DNA of 64,000 bases from Spirochaetia bacterium (GTDB taxonomy: Bacteria > Spirochaetota > Spirochaetia > DSM-2461). Positions within the stretch are counted from its first letter, which is position 1, and the number at the start of each line of letters is the position of its first letter. Below the pieces are notes generated by a model. The model was not told where the DNA came from. It saw only the letters and a program-made list of their open reading frames with translations, and made no database searches. The position numbers were made by a program, and so were the translations under genes. Location: NCBI GenBank assembly GCA_963668315.1, contig OY764216.1, positions 2,304,001 to 2,368,000 of the forward strand, in the 5' to 3' direction. This document shows positions 1-11,600 of this stretch, piece after piece.

Positions 1-723
1 CTGCTTGACGGTATGGGAGTCCGGGATATCAAAACCTATAACAAGAGAATCCTGGAGCGGGAAATCGCCACCACCAAACTGCCCTATATCGTGGTCGTTA
101 TCGATGAGTTTGCCGACCTGATGGCCACCAGCGGCAAAGAGCTGGAAGGCATTGTCGCCCGTCTGGCCGCCATGTCCCGGGCCGTGGGTATCCATCTGGT
201 TCTGGCGACTCAGAGACCCTCCACCGACGTCATCACCGGTCTTATCAAAGCGAACTTTCCCTCCCGGGTCGCCTTCATGGTGGCCAGTATGACCGACTCG
301 CGCATCATTATCGATTCGGCCGGAGCGGAGAAACTGCTGGGAAGGGGAGACATGCTTTTCACCAGTTCCTGGGATCCCTTCCCCTCCCGTGTCCAGGGGG
401 CCTTCCTTTCCGAGGATGAAGTGGAGCGGGTTGTCAGTTATGTGAAAACTCTGGGAGAGCCGGACTATATCGATGATGAGATCTTCATTGATGAGCCGGA
501 TGATGATTTTGAGCTGAAGGGGGATGACGGATCGGACGATCTCTTCGACGAAGCCCTGGATATCGTCATCCAGTCGGGAAAGGCCTCGGCCAGCTATCTG
601 CAGAGACGGCTGAAAATTGGCTACAACCGGGCCGCCCGGCTGGTGGAGGAGATGGAAATGAGGGGCATTGTGGGCCCTGCCAACGGCTCCAAGCCGAGAG
701 ATATTCTCCATATGCCCGGCTGA
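1..723 (+). CDS. ftsK: DNA translocase FtsK/SpoIIIE, C-terminal part (5' end lies outside the window)
   Basis: Walker B 'VVVIDEFADLM', 'RAVGIHLVLATQRPS', 'GAEKLLGRGDML' and gamma-domain 'SASYLQRRLKIGYNRAARLVEEME'. The frame is open to position 1. Confidence 0.95.
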   Translation: MLDGMGVRDIKTYNKRILEREIATTKLPYIVVVIDEFADLMATSGKELEGIVARLAAMSRAVGIHLVLATQRPSTDVITGLIKANFPSRVAFMVASMTDSRIIIDSAGAEKLLGRGDMLFTSSWDPFPSRVQGAFLSEDEVERVVSYVKTLGEPDYIDDEIFIDEPDDDFELKGDDGSDDLFDEALDIVIQSGKASASYLQRRLKIGYNRAARLVEEMEMRGIVGPANGSKPRDILHMPG

Positions 724-793
724 TAAGGATCGGAGCTTTTTCATCGGTTGAATAGAGAAATAGAGGAAGACAGGAAATGATATTCAGAGTAGA

Positions 794-2641
794 ATGGGAA
801 TAACCATGAGAAGAAGCGTTCTCTTCCTGATCCTGTCCCTTATTCTCCTGTCGGAGAATCTTTCAGGTAAGGACAAACAGGTCCTGGTCCTCAATTCCTA
901 TCATCAGGGATATCACTGGACCGACCGTATTATGGGGGAGATTTCTGAGGTTCTGGGAGAGAGGGACGATACGGAACTGCAGGTGGTCTACATGGATACC
1001 AAGCACTTTTCCGATCCCTTCTATCTGGATCTCCTCTACAGCGAATACGCCTACAAGTATGCCCATACCCGTTTTGACGCCATACTTTCAACCGATGATC
1101 ACGCTCTGGATTTTCTCCTCAAGTACGGCGACCGTCTCTTCCCCGACACTCCCGTTGTCTTCTGCGGAATCAATGTTTTCGATCCGGTGCGCATAGCCGG
1201 GCATGATAATTATACGGGCATACATGAGGCGTACGATCTGCCCGGAATTCTTGAGCTGATGACCAATCTCCATCCCCGGAGGACTGATATTGCCGTCATT
1301 ATGGATTCCACCCTGTCCAGCGAACATCTTCTCCGTCTTGTCCATCAGGGAGAAATCCTCTATTCGGGAAGACTGAATTTCCATTATTACACCGGTTTGA
1401 GCAATGCCGATCTCAAGGAGCAGCTGAAGGAGCTGGATGATAATGACTTGATATTGTGGGGGATTCACCTGAGAGGAAATGACGGAGAATTTTTCTCCGT
1501 TTCCGACAGCCTTGATCTGATCCGTTCCGCGACAGCGGTGCCCATCTACTCCATATGGGACGTGGTGGGTTCCGGTGTCGTGGGGGGGAAAGTCGCCCGC
1601 CCGGAAGAGCAGGGCCGTGTTTCCGCCCATATGGTAGACCGTATACTCGAAGGAACCCCCGTACAGGATATCCCCGTTATGGCCGCATCTCCTCTCTTTC
1701 TGTTTGACTATCATGTCCTGAGAGAGCAGGGAATCAAGCTTTCCGCTCTTCCCCGGGGCAGTATCATCATCAACAAGCCCTTTCAGCTGATCCGGGAGAA
1801 TAAAACACTCTTTTCCGCCCTCCTCATATTTGTCGTTATCCTTCTTGTCATCATTGGCCTTCTTTTCCGGGTCATCGCGAAGAGAAAACGGACCGAAGAG
1901 CAGCTCTTCCTGTCAAGGGAGGAGCTGGGCCAGAGCCGGAAGATGGACGCCATAGGCCAGCTTGCCGGGGGAGTGGCCCATGACTTCAATAATATTCTCA
2001 CCGGTATCCTGGGCGCCGCGGATATGCTGGATACAGAAGAGACTCTGAGCGGTCAGGGAAAAGAATATGTGAAGATGATCATTTCCTCGTCGGAACAGGC
2101 CGCCGATCTGACCTCCCAGCTCCTGGCATTCGGCAGAAAAAGTCCCGTTTTGAATGAGGAGATCGATGTCCATAAAATCATAGACAATACCTTTTTCATT
2201 CTCAAACAGACTCTGAGTAAGAAAATAACTCTGAAAAAACGTCTGAGAGCGGATAATCACCGGATTCAGGGAAATAAGGCCGCTTTGCAGAATATCATAA
2301 TGAACCTGTGCATCAATGCTTCCCAGGCCATGGACGGAGACGGAACGATAATAGTGGAAACCGTCTGTCTCTTAATGAACAGGGAACACTGCAATGTCCT
2401 TTCCCCTTATAGTCCGGCGGGAATATACCTTAAGCTGACGGTGAGCGACCGGGGCTGCGGAATCCCCCAAAATGACATTGATAAGATTTTCGAACCCTTC
2501 TATACTACAAAAGGCCGGGGATCCGGCCTGGGACTTGCCGCGGTATACGGAACGATGAAGGATCATCGGGGCTGTATTTCCGTGGAAAGCGAAGTAGGGA
2601 AGGGAACTGATTTTCATTTATACTTTCCCCAGAAAAAATGA
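794..2641 (+). CDS. Membrane sensor histidine kinase with an extracytoplasmic ABC-substrate-binding-like domain
   Basis: Signal/TM segment, 'VLVLNSYHQGYHWTD' sensor start, second TM, H-box 'GQLAGGVAHDFNNILT', N-box 'NLCINASQAM', G boxes 'DRGCGI...FEPFYTTKGRGSGLGL'. Confidence 0.9.
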   Translation: MGITMRRSVLFLILSLILLSENLSGKDKQVLVLNSYHQGYHWTDRIMGEISEVLGERDDTELQVVYMDTKHFSDPFYLDLLYSEYAYKYAHTRFDAILSTDDHALDFLLKYGDRLFPDTPVVFCGINVFDPVRIAGHDNYTGIHEAYDLPGILELMTNLHPRRTDIAVIMDSTLSSEHLLRLVHQGEILYSGRLNFHYYTGLSNADLKEQLKELDDNDLILWGIHLRGNDGEFFSVSDSLDLIRSATAVPIYSIWDVVGSGVVGGKVARPEEQGRVSAHMVDRILEGTPVQDIPVMAASPLFLFDYHVLREQGIKLSALPRGSIIINKPFQLIRENKTLFSALLIFVVILLVIIGLLFRVIAKRKRTEEQLFLSREELGQSRKMDAIGQLAGGVAHDFNNILTGILGAADMLDTEETLSGQGKEYVKMIISSSEQAADLTSQLLAFGRKSPVLNEEIDVHKIIDNTFFILKQTLSKKITLKKRLRADNHRIQGNKAALQNIIMNLCINASQAMDGDGTIIVETVCLLMNREHCNVLSPYSPAGIYLKLTVSDRGCGIPQNDIDKIFEPFYTTKGRGSGLGLAAVYGTMKDHRGCISVESEVGKGTDFHLYFPQKK

Positions 2642-2702
2642 TTCGGAATAACGCCTCTCGGGATTTTCACTAAAATCCCGTTTACGCATAAAAGGAGTCT
2701 CT

Positions 2703-3986
2703 ATGGATAATATGCTCGATTTTGCCGTATCAACGCGGTCATTTCACGGAGGGGACAGGGGATTTGATGCTTTTGTCCGTCTTTCTGAAGAACTATACGG
2801 GCAGCCCCCCTACTGCCTTGTCTGCGACGGGAATACCTGGAAGGCCGCCGGAGAAGATCTGGACCGCTATCTGATAAAAGCCGGCCGCAAAGCTCTGCCT
2901 TCCATTATCTTTCCCGCCGAACCTGTCCTGGAAGCTGATTACGGACATGTCCCCGGACTGGTGAAAAAAATCGCCCCCCTGGCCGGGAACGTACAAATCA
3001 TCGCCGTGGGGAGCGGGACCCTGAACGATCTGGTTAAAACGGCCTGCGGTGAACTTAAGAGACCCTATTCGGTATTCGCCACAGCGGCCAGCGTGGACGG
3101 CTATGCCTCCGACGGTGCTGCTATTGTGAAGGACGGGTACAAGCAGACCATCCGCTGTCCCGCTCCCGAACTGATCGTGGCAGACCGGACCGTACTGAAT
3201 AATGCTCCCGCCGATATGACCGCCGCCGGTTATGCCGACCTCATTGCCAAAATCCCCGCCGGAGCCGACTGGATCATGGCCGATATCCTGGGGGAAGATC
3301 CTATCCACGGTCAGGTCTGGGATTACATTCAGAAACCTCTGCGGGACTGGGTCAAACTCCCTTTGAATATGGATAAACTTTATACCGGGCTGACCGCCAC
3401 AGGATTCGCCATGCAGTATATTCAGAAGTCCCGTCCCGCTTCCGGCGCGGAACATCTTATCTCCCACATCTGGGAAATGGAGCATCTGACCTACCGGGGG
3501 AAAACTTTCTCCCACGGATTCAAGGTAGGCATCGGCTCCCTTCTGACAACCTGCGCCATGGAGAAGGTTCTGAGTTATCCCATGGAAGCGAAGGATGCGG
3601 AGAAGGCCATCGCCGCCTATCCCGATCTGGAAAAGCATAAGGCGATGGCCGAGGATTACTTTACCGAACCTCTTCTCTCGTCGGTTCTGGACATACTGGA
3701 AGAGAAAATCCCCTCACCCGAAGCCCATGCAAAGCGGGTGAAGCTGATCGCCGGGAAGTGGGAAGAGCTGAGAACGCGGATTCTGGAGCAAATCATCCCC
3801 TACAGAGAACTGAAGAGGCTTCTGGCCGAAGTGGGCAGTCCCTCCACCCTGGAAGACCTGGGCGTGGATAAAAAGATCGCCCTTGAGACCATGAAAAAGG
3901 CCCAGATGATCCGCAACCGTTATACTATTCTGGATCTGATAGACGATCTGGGGTGGTGGGACCGGGACCTGCTGGAATATTTCTAG
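2703..3986 (+). CDS. sn-glycerol-1-phosphate dehydrogenase (AraM/EgsA-like, iron-containing ADH superfamily)
   Basis: 'AVGSGTLNDLVK', 'TAASVDGYAS', 'SRPASGAEHLISHIWEM', 'HGFKVGIG' motifs. RBS AAGGAG upstream. Confidence 0.85.
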   Translation: MDNMLDFAVSTRSFHGGDRGFDAFVRLSEELYGQPPYCLVCDGNTWKAAGEDLDRYLIKAGRKALPSIIFPAEPVLEADYGHVPGLVKKIAPLAGNVQIIAVGSGTLNDLVKTACGELKRPYSVFATAASVDGYASDGAAIVKDGYKQTIRCPAPELIVADRTVLNNAPADMTAAGYADLIAKIPAGADWIMADILGEDPIHGQVWDYIQKPLRDWVKLPLNMDKLYTGLTATGFAMQYIQKSRPASGAEHLISHIWEMEHLTYRGKTFSHGFKVGIGSLLTTCAMEKVLSYPMEAKDAEKAIAAYPDLEKHKAMAEDYFTEPLLSSVLDILEEKIPSPEAHAKRVKLIAGKWEELRTRILEQIIPYRELKRLLAEVGSPSTLEDLGVDKKIALETMKKAQMIRNRYTILDLIDDLGWWDRDLLEYF

Positions 3987-4066
3987 AAACCGAAAAGCTT
4001 CTGATGTGTGAATTATGTGAAGAATGTTAATGCTTTGCGGTTTATATGGATATTGGCTGAAGAGCG

Positions 4067-4075
4067 TGCTATAAT
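4067..4075 (+). promoter_or_regulatory. Extended -10 promoter element (TGcTATAAT) upstream of the lipoprotein gene
   Basis: Perfect TGnTATAAT in an AT-rich intergenic region about 55 bp before the ATG at 4129. Confidence 0.5.
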
Positions 4076-4128
4076 AAATGTATTATAGGTTTATTGTAGA
4101 AAGTATATAAATACGGGAGTTATTCACT

Positions 4129-5553
4129 ATGAAAAAAGTATTAGCCCTTCTGGGAACGGCTTTGATAGCTTTATTGATTTTCAGTTGTGATATGGGAACA
4201 TCCGGGAGCGATCCGGTGAATCCGACCGAACCGGTGGAGACACTGGCAGTGGGAAGTTTGACTCTGACTCTGGATGATCCGGGAGTTGAGACAGTCGCCG
4301 ATGGAGTTACCCCCAGAGCTGTCGTAACGGGATCCTCAGCCAATGGAGCCACTTTTAAGCGTGTTGTCTCTCTTGATACTGATTCCGTTAGTATAACGAT
4401 TGCCAATCTTCTGGTAGGGGACTGGAATATCAAGGTTAAGCTGTGGGATGGTTCTGAAGATATTGTTGCTTTGGCCTACGAAACTGCCGTGGTCCCTGAA
4501 GGTGAGAATGTAACCCTTAGCGCCCTGTTCTGGATGAAGGACGATTTAGCTGCACTCCTGGATAGTTATTACGATGAAGCTGTTCCTGTTGATGCCCATT
4601 CTGCTATTTCCGAGGGATTATTTGAACTCATGGCAGATGACGAGGAGATGGCGTTAAATCTCCTTTCCTTTGCTGATGCAGGTAACATTTCGGAGATTGG
4701 TAAATATTTGACTTTTCTAACCGATGGAACTTCTTTTGCCACCGTCCTTGAGGAGTTTCTTTCTACGGAAATATATGATGGGATGACTACTCTGGATATC
4801 CTGAATTATCTCTGGGGCGGGGAATCCTACGAAGCCGGTTATTATGTTTCCCTCTTTTCTAATCTGCTGGACATTATTTTCCAGGAGGTAGTAGGGGATT
4901 TCACTTTTCTTTTCTACGATCTTGTCGATGTGACCGTTTCCAGCGATACGGAAGGGTTTTCCGTTGGGGCGAATCTTCCCGATGTCGAGACCGTGAACTT
5001 TTCTGCAAGTTCCGATTATTCCGAAATGGCAGGATTCGAATACACCTGGTTCCTTAACGGAGTACAGGTCGGTACGGGAATGTCCTTTGATATGGCAACG
5101 GCCGATTGTCTGGACGGTTTGAATTATCTGTCTGCAGAGATGACATTCGGTGTGGATGGAACAAGTGTGATTCTTGGTAGTGATTCGGTTGTCTTCTATA
5201 GTGAGAGCAGTGTGGAGAGACTGACTATTGAGGGCATTGGGTTTGCTGACGAGAGGCTGTATTCTGCAATAAATGCTTCCCCGGATAATGACGGATGGAT
5301 TTATGCCGATCAAGTTATCTCCCTGTATATCTTAAGCAATGAGAATATCGATTTTTCAAAAATTGAATATCTTGTTAATCTTGAGAAAATAGTAATTACA
5401 TATGGTGGTACTTTTACGGAAGACCAGTTAACTCCCATTTTTAGTTTAAATAACTTAACTGAGATTGAATTTCGTTATGATCATCCATCGGATGAATTAA
5501 TAGAAATAATTAAGGCGGCGATACCTGGGGTCACAGTTACTCTCAGGGGGTAA
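4129..5553 (+). CDS. Acidic lipoprotein of unknown function with a possible LRR-like C-terminus
   Basis: MKK plus hydrophobic stretch plus spirochaetal-type lipobox 'LIFSC'. RBS GGGAG. C-terminal 'IEYLVNLEKIVIT...IFSLNNLTEIEF' pattern. Confidence 0.75.
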   Translation: MKKVLALLGTALIALLIFSCDMGTSGSDPVNPTEPVETLAVGSLTLTLDDPGVETVADGVTPRAVVTGSSANGATFKRVVSLDTDSVSITIANLLVGDWNIKVKLWDGSEDIVALAYETAVVPEGENVTLSALFWMKDDLAALLDSYYDEAVPVDAHSAISEGLFELMADDEEMALNLLSFADAGNISEIGKYLTFLTDGTSFATVLEEFLSTEIYDGMTTLDILNYLWGGESYEAGYYVSLFSNLLDIIFQEVVGDFTFLFYDLVDVTVSSDTEGFSVGANLPDVETVNFSASSDYSEMAGFEYTWFLNGVQVGTGMSFDMATADCLDGLNYLSAEMTFGVDGTSVILGSDSVVFYSESSVERLTIEGIGFADERLYSAINASPDNDGWIYADQVISLYILSNENIDFSKIEYLVNLEKIVITYGGTFTEDQLTPIFSLNNLTEIEFRYDHPSDELIEIIKAAIPGVTVTLRG

Positions 5554-5565
5554 TGATTTCTACTG

Positions 5566-5614
5566 CTAAATAAAGAAAGCCGCTCTCAATCAGGGAGCGG
5601 CTTTCTTTATTTAG
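5566..5614. terminator. Intrinsic terminator with a 20-bp perfect inverted repeat
   Basis: ctaaataaagaaagccgctc (5566-5585), 9-nt loop, gagcggctttctttatttag (5595-5614), just after the lipoprotein stop codon. Confidence 0.85.
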
Positions 5615-5685
5615 AAAAGCAATGAATTTATTTTATTCTTGCTATATAATTCTATAATGTAGAACTTTGTCCTTGGGGAGTTGCT

Positions 5686-8600
5686 ATGGTCAATTGTATG
5701 GCTAAGAGAACGTTCGGTGCATTTCTTTTTTTCTCTCTTTTCATTCTTATAAGTATCAATGGGCAAAGTCTTGTCCCCCCTGGATCTGATGACTGGCTTC
5801 AGGTTACAAGCAGTACAAATCAGGGGGGAAGGGATTCAATTCAGACCGTTTTTTTTCAGGTCCCCGATTCCTATACCTCTCCTATATACTTCGGAATATG
5901 CGATCCCGAGACCAACGGGGTTGCCCCAGATCAGAATACGGGAACGACTTATTATTACCTGATGGGCGGAGATGGATGTTATACGAATTCCAACTCTCGA
6001 GAGGAGTTTTATTCAACCCCGGCAGATTCCATAGCCGCTGGTACAGGGGATATCCTATATACCTATGAATACAATAATTCTTTCACGGAACAATCAGTAA
6101 TTACTCCCGTGGGAGGAAGCCCTGATGTGTCAGATGATGAGGAGTGGGCTTATTTCCCTCCCGTGTACCCTTCGCAGGGAGAACATGTAGGAGATTATTA
6201 CTATTTCCGGATGGTCGTAAACGCTTCTTCCAGTTATAAAAATGCTTATAAACTGGTCGCCTCTTCCTCCCTTATGAATCCTGCTACTCCGGTTGAAATA
6301 ACAAGTATTAGGGCTTTTGCCTATAGCTGGTGTTTCGATAACAGAAAAAATCTTTCAACCTGGAGTTTCTATCCCTTTGTTCCTGATAGTGTTAATACAT
6401 CGGGAGGACTGGATATTCATACGAATGATGCTGATTCGGAAAGTTATGATCTTTATGATATCTTTGGAAATCCAAGGGCAACCGATACCCCAAGTTCGGG
6501 CACAAACTGGTCCTCCGTTACTCAGGGATATAACTATCTTTTTAGTGATAGTAATACCGGGGATCCTCAGATCAATGGTACATGGCAGATTGATTTCTAC
6601 AATAATGAGGCGGGCGCCCCAAACGAGAACACTATAGAAGTCTGGTCCTATGAAACAGGCTCTGGTATCTGTCTTCCCATATATACCGCTTCCTATACTC
6701 CCCCTCTGCCATATCGTGTCACCGCTTCAGTAACTGATGATCCTTCTCTGACGGGTTCGGACAGTACAGTTCTTCTGCAGATTGTGGATAGCAGCGGTAA
6801 TTCCGTCCCCTATTCCAGGAATATATATATAAGTGACCCGTCGGGACATCTTTCTTTTTATGAAGAGGACGGTACTACTCCCATCGTCGGAAATCTGATT
6901 ACGACCAATACCGACGGTTTTTATACATTTAATTGCCGAAACAGCAATGCCGAATCGGTGGAAATATCTTTTGTGACCGACGGTACCCTAGGCTCCGATG
7001 CTTTAGCGGGTACTAATGCTGAAAATGATAAGGCCACTGTTACCCATTACACGGGAGCGTTCCCCACTCTTGTTTCAACAGGAGTGTCATCTGTTGCTGG
7101 AAGTTCAGTCAGCGGGATTGATTTCACCATTACAGATGATGATGGTGCCTATATTTCGGCAAGTGATAATATTTATCTTCGTATTCCAGCTTCAATCGAT
7201 GCTCAATGGAATCAGACATTGAGCGGATCTTTTAGCGGTTCTGCCTTTGATGCAGGGCTTGTTGGGACAAATCCTATTGTCCATTACGAGGACAGCAGAA
7301 CCATTAGGATTGATGTCAACTCCGATTTCACATCTGACAATGATACTCTCGTCATAAGCGGTCTGGGCTTCACCTCATCAAACTCAGCTTCTTCCGGCGA
7401 CTTTGAAATGGCCTATGACGGATTGTCCGGATTATGGAATGTTGTTGATGGTTTGACGACTGGTAACGATATCATAATTAATCCCGCAACCTATTTCATA
7501 TGGAATGGTTCGGCTGGGGACGGTAATTTCGATAATGGAAGCAACTGGCAATATGGTGCGGCTCCCGGTCACAGAGATGGAGCCAATATCGTTTTAACCG
7601 CAAGCGGAACTGATGCCGTGCTTAGCTATGATGCATTGGGTTATATATTCGGAGAGGTGACGATAACAAGCGGAGCCAAGCCGGAAATCGCTGGCGGTTC
7701 TTCTCTCCAGATTAACACATCCTATGAAAATAATGGAACTTTAGTCTTTTCAGATACGGTGAATATAGAAACGGCTGCGGGTGTATTTAATTCCTCATCT
7801 TCTTTGGGGAATGTAGAACTGGACGGTTCATTAGGAGATGGAACGGGAAATGTTAATTACGGTTATTATAATGATTTGACCAGTACAGCCGGAAATTGGA
7901 CTTTTACAGCGAGTGTATGGGAAGTTGTTATAAATGGCGATGCATCGTTGACTACTGGTTCATGGACAATGACAGGAGGACCTGTTATTTACCTGTCGGG
8001 AAGTTGGGCAAATGATGGTATAACTATCAATAATTCCTATGAATTAAGGTTATATGGATCTGATCCGTGTAATATAACCGGTACAGGGGCTTTCTCAACT
8101 TTTTACAGTTTAATATGTGAGGAACCGGGGAAAGTCATCTCTTTTGAAACCGGAGCAATAAATCATACAGTATCCTCAGGGAATCTGAGAATGGCAGGCT
8201 CTGCATCTTCTCCGATTATTCTTAAGGGAACCACCAATGCCGACTGGTTTCTTAATGTGACATCCGCTTCGACTGTAGATATAAGCTATGTTGATGTTCA
8301 GTATAGTACTGCTGATGTTTCCATTTCTGCCGATTTCTCCATAGATTCGGGAAATAATAGCAATTGGGACTTTGGTACGGGGAAAACAACAACCTGGGAT
8401 GGTTCAAACAGTGAAAGTGTGACCACCGTCCCTAACTGGGATAACGGAGTTCCTGACGATAGCGGAACAGGGGTGGACAGCGTTATCATCCCCGATGTAT
8501 CCCTCCTCAATTTCGCTCCTGTATTATCCGGTGGTTGGGATTTAGGTAGTGGGTCCTTAACGATAGGTGATGGAGGTACTCTTGATATAAATGCCTATAA

Positions 8601-11600
8601 TGTTAACGTCGCAGTATTGAATAACGAGGGAACAATCTATGCTCAGTCCGGGAGTTCGCTGACGGGAGTTTCCTTGGATAATGATTCAGGTGTCGTCAGT
8701 TATTCTGGTGTCGGCGGGACGGGACTGCCCCTGGGAAATAACTATCATGATTTGGTTATAAATGCGGGAAACTGGACATTGAACAGTAATCTTGTCGTTA
8801 ATGGAGATCTGGTTATAAATGGAGGAACTCTTGATGCGGGGATCTATAATATAACGGTATCGGGTGATTTTTCTCACATAGGAGGAACTGTTACCGGGAC
8901 TACGGGGAGTATTACGGTTTCCGGAGACTCCGTCCTTAACAGCTCTATTTCTTATTCCGATGCAGCGGTATTTCAATTCAATGGAGGCTTGTCCTCATCA
9001 ACCGGATCAGTTTCTACAACAATTGGTTCGATAAGCGTCGCAGCAACCAGTAATCTTTTATTAGCAGGAGTGCTGGATGCTGGGAATGGTGGTTCCATAA
9101 ATTTTACTGCAAATGGAAGTATTACACAGACAGGCGGTTCTGTTGATACAGGTACAAGCGGGTCAATTTTTGCTGTAACATATGATGATGATGGTGGAGA
9201 TATTACACTCAATCAGGGGAATACCGCTCTCAGTTTAACTTTACAATCATTGAATAATGCCGGAGATACGATTGTCAGCGGAGATATAATCTATGTTGAT
9301 GATGATGGTTTTACCATGGCTTTGATAGAAACCAATGGGTTTGTTGATCTGACATGTACATCTGCTACGATTAATGATGCTGTAAGCGATATAAATCAGT
9401 CTGGTGATATTACGGCAAGAGATGGTATAGTTTTACGGGGAACGGCAGACATTAGTTTGGACGGCGTCACTTATACGAACAACATAGGTCCGCTGGCGGT
9501 AGATACAACCGGCTGGTTCAATCTTGCAGACGACGGGGATATATCCCTGGGAACAGTTAATTCCCTATCCGGTTTAACGGCTGAGAATATTCAGTTTGAT
9601 CTCACAGGAGCCTCCGATTATTCGGTTAGCGTAACACAGACGGCGACCGCTCCCATTATCTGTACGGGATTGATTCTCGAAGGAAATTACGGCAACTTCC
9701 AACTGGATACGGCGGCAGCTGGTAATCTAGTGGGGACAATTGCCTTATATGGTGATACGAATCCTGTCAGGGCTGTTTACAGCCAAACCACTGTGGGAGA
9801 TGTTACCTTAGGGGAAGTTTATCGTGATTTAGGAGCAGCTGCCGTAAGAACGGGCGCCACAAATGTGGAGAATCTTTCCCTGACTCTGGATCCTACTTCC
9901 GATTTTACCGTGGATAATACAACCGTGGCTTCCTGGGATGTTACGGGAGATTTTTCCCTGACGGCCGATCAATATCTGGACAACTCCATCGATTTAACCA
10001 CCGGAGGAAATGTTTCGCTGAATCTCACGACAGCAACTTTCCTTTCCAATACATGGACCTTTAACGGAACAACAAGTTATGATGACGTGAATAGCTTAAC
10101 CTCTCTGAATGATGTTACTATTACAGGTACAGGAAATTTAACAGCTGCCAGTACCATTTATGTAGCGGGAGACTGGACGAACAGCGGAACGTTTAACCAC
10201 GGAAATCAAACAGTGGAATTTGTATCGGCAACGGAATCCGTTATTTCCGGTGTTACTACTTTTTATAACTTTATCTGCCAGGAACCGGGTAAGACCCTGA
10301 CATTTCTGGATGCGGAAACCCATGTCATTACTAACGATTTGACGATCCAGGGGGATAATTCATCTCTGCCCGCATCGGTCGTGACCCTATCTTCGCTCGG
10401 GACGTGGGGGTTCGACTGGCTTAACGGGGGAACTGCCGATATAGATTATGCCGCTATCGGTAATGGAAATTTGGATAGTAATGATATTACCGCTGACAAT
10501 TCCATAAATTTGGATAACAGCTGTAATCTGGGAGGTTACAGTAACAGCTGGATTTTTTCCGCAAAGGACGTAACCTGGGAAGGTAACACTGATACTCTCT
10601 GGTCTACAGATTCTAACTGGGACTGGAGATTTGTTCCCAATCCCACAGATAACGTTATTATTCCCGATGCGGATACGACAACTTACGATCCGGTGCTGGA
10701 CGGTGATATAACGGTTAATTCTCTGACCTTAGAGACCGATGGAGATCTGGTCGCCTCGACCTACGACATAACTGTTACGGGAGCCTTTTCCATGTCAAAC
10801 GACGGCACGGATTACGCTACGCTTACAGGAGACGGAGGAGATGACGGGCTGGTGGATCTGACTGTTGGGGGAGAAGCCACTCTTAACGGTACGATAAGTT
10901 ATTCAAATGGGGCTGACCTTGTCTTTACCGGAGGTATATCTGCCGGTCAGATGACCGGTTCCATTACAATTACAGACAATGTAACTACTGGCTCTATCAA
11001 TATCAGCGGCGGTACGGGAAATGATCTGCAGTTTAATGGCGGTTTCCTTGATGCCGGAACCGGGTCTATTTCCCTTGATACGAACGGCGGAGATCTCAAT
11101 GATGACGCAACCGATTCGGTTGTCAACCTTATCGCCGACACCATTACTCTGGCTAATATGGGATTTGTCATAGGCCAAAGTGCGAGCGAACCATTGGAAA
11201 CGGCCTCCTCGGGAAATTGTGTGATGACACTTCCTGGAGGAAATGTCGCCATTTATATTGCTCATACCGGTAGTATAAGCCCCGGATTTGGGGGAGACCG
11301 GATTCCACCTTTGGCTGATTACGGATTATCCATAACAGCTACGGGGAATTTGACTATGCCTGCGAATACCATTGAGTCGGGAGATATGCCTCAAACTTTC
11401 CAGGCGGGAGGAACATTAACCATTCCCGCCGCTTGCTCCCTGAGAACAGTAGGCGATGGGGGCGTTACGGGAACTGGTGATATCACCCTGTCTGGTGCTG
11501 CGTTAGCTATAACAGCGGGGGCCGGAACTATTGCTTCTACCGGAACCGGCAATATCAGTCTGACTCAATCCGCTGGAGCTCTCACCTTGGATCGGGCTCT

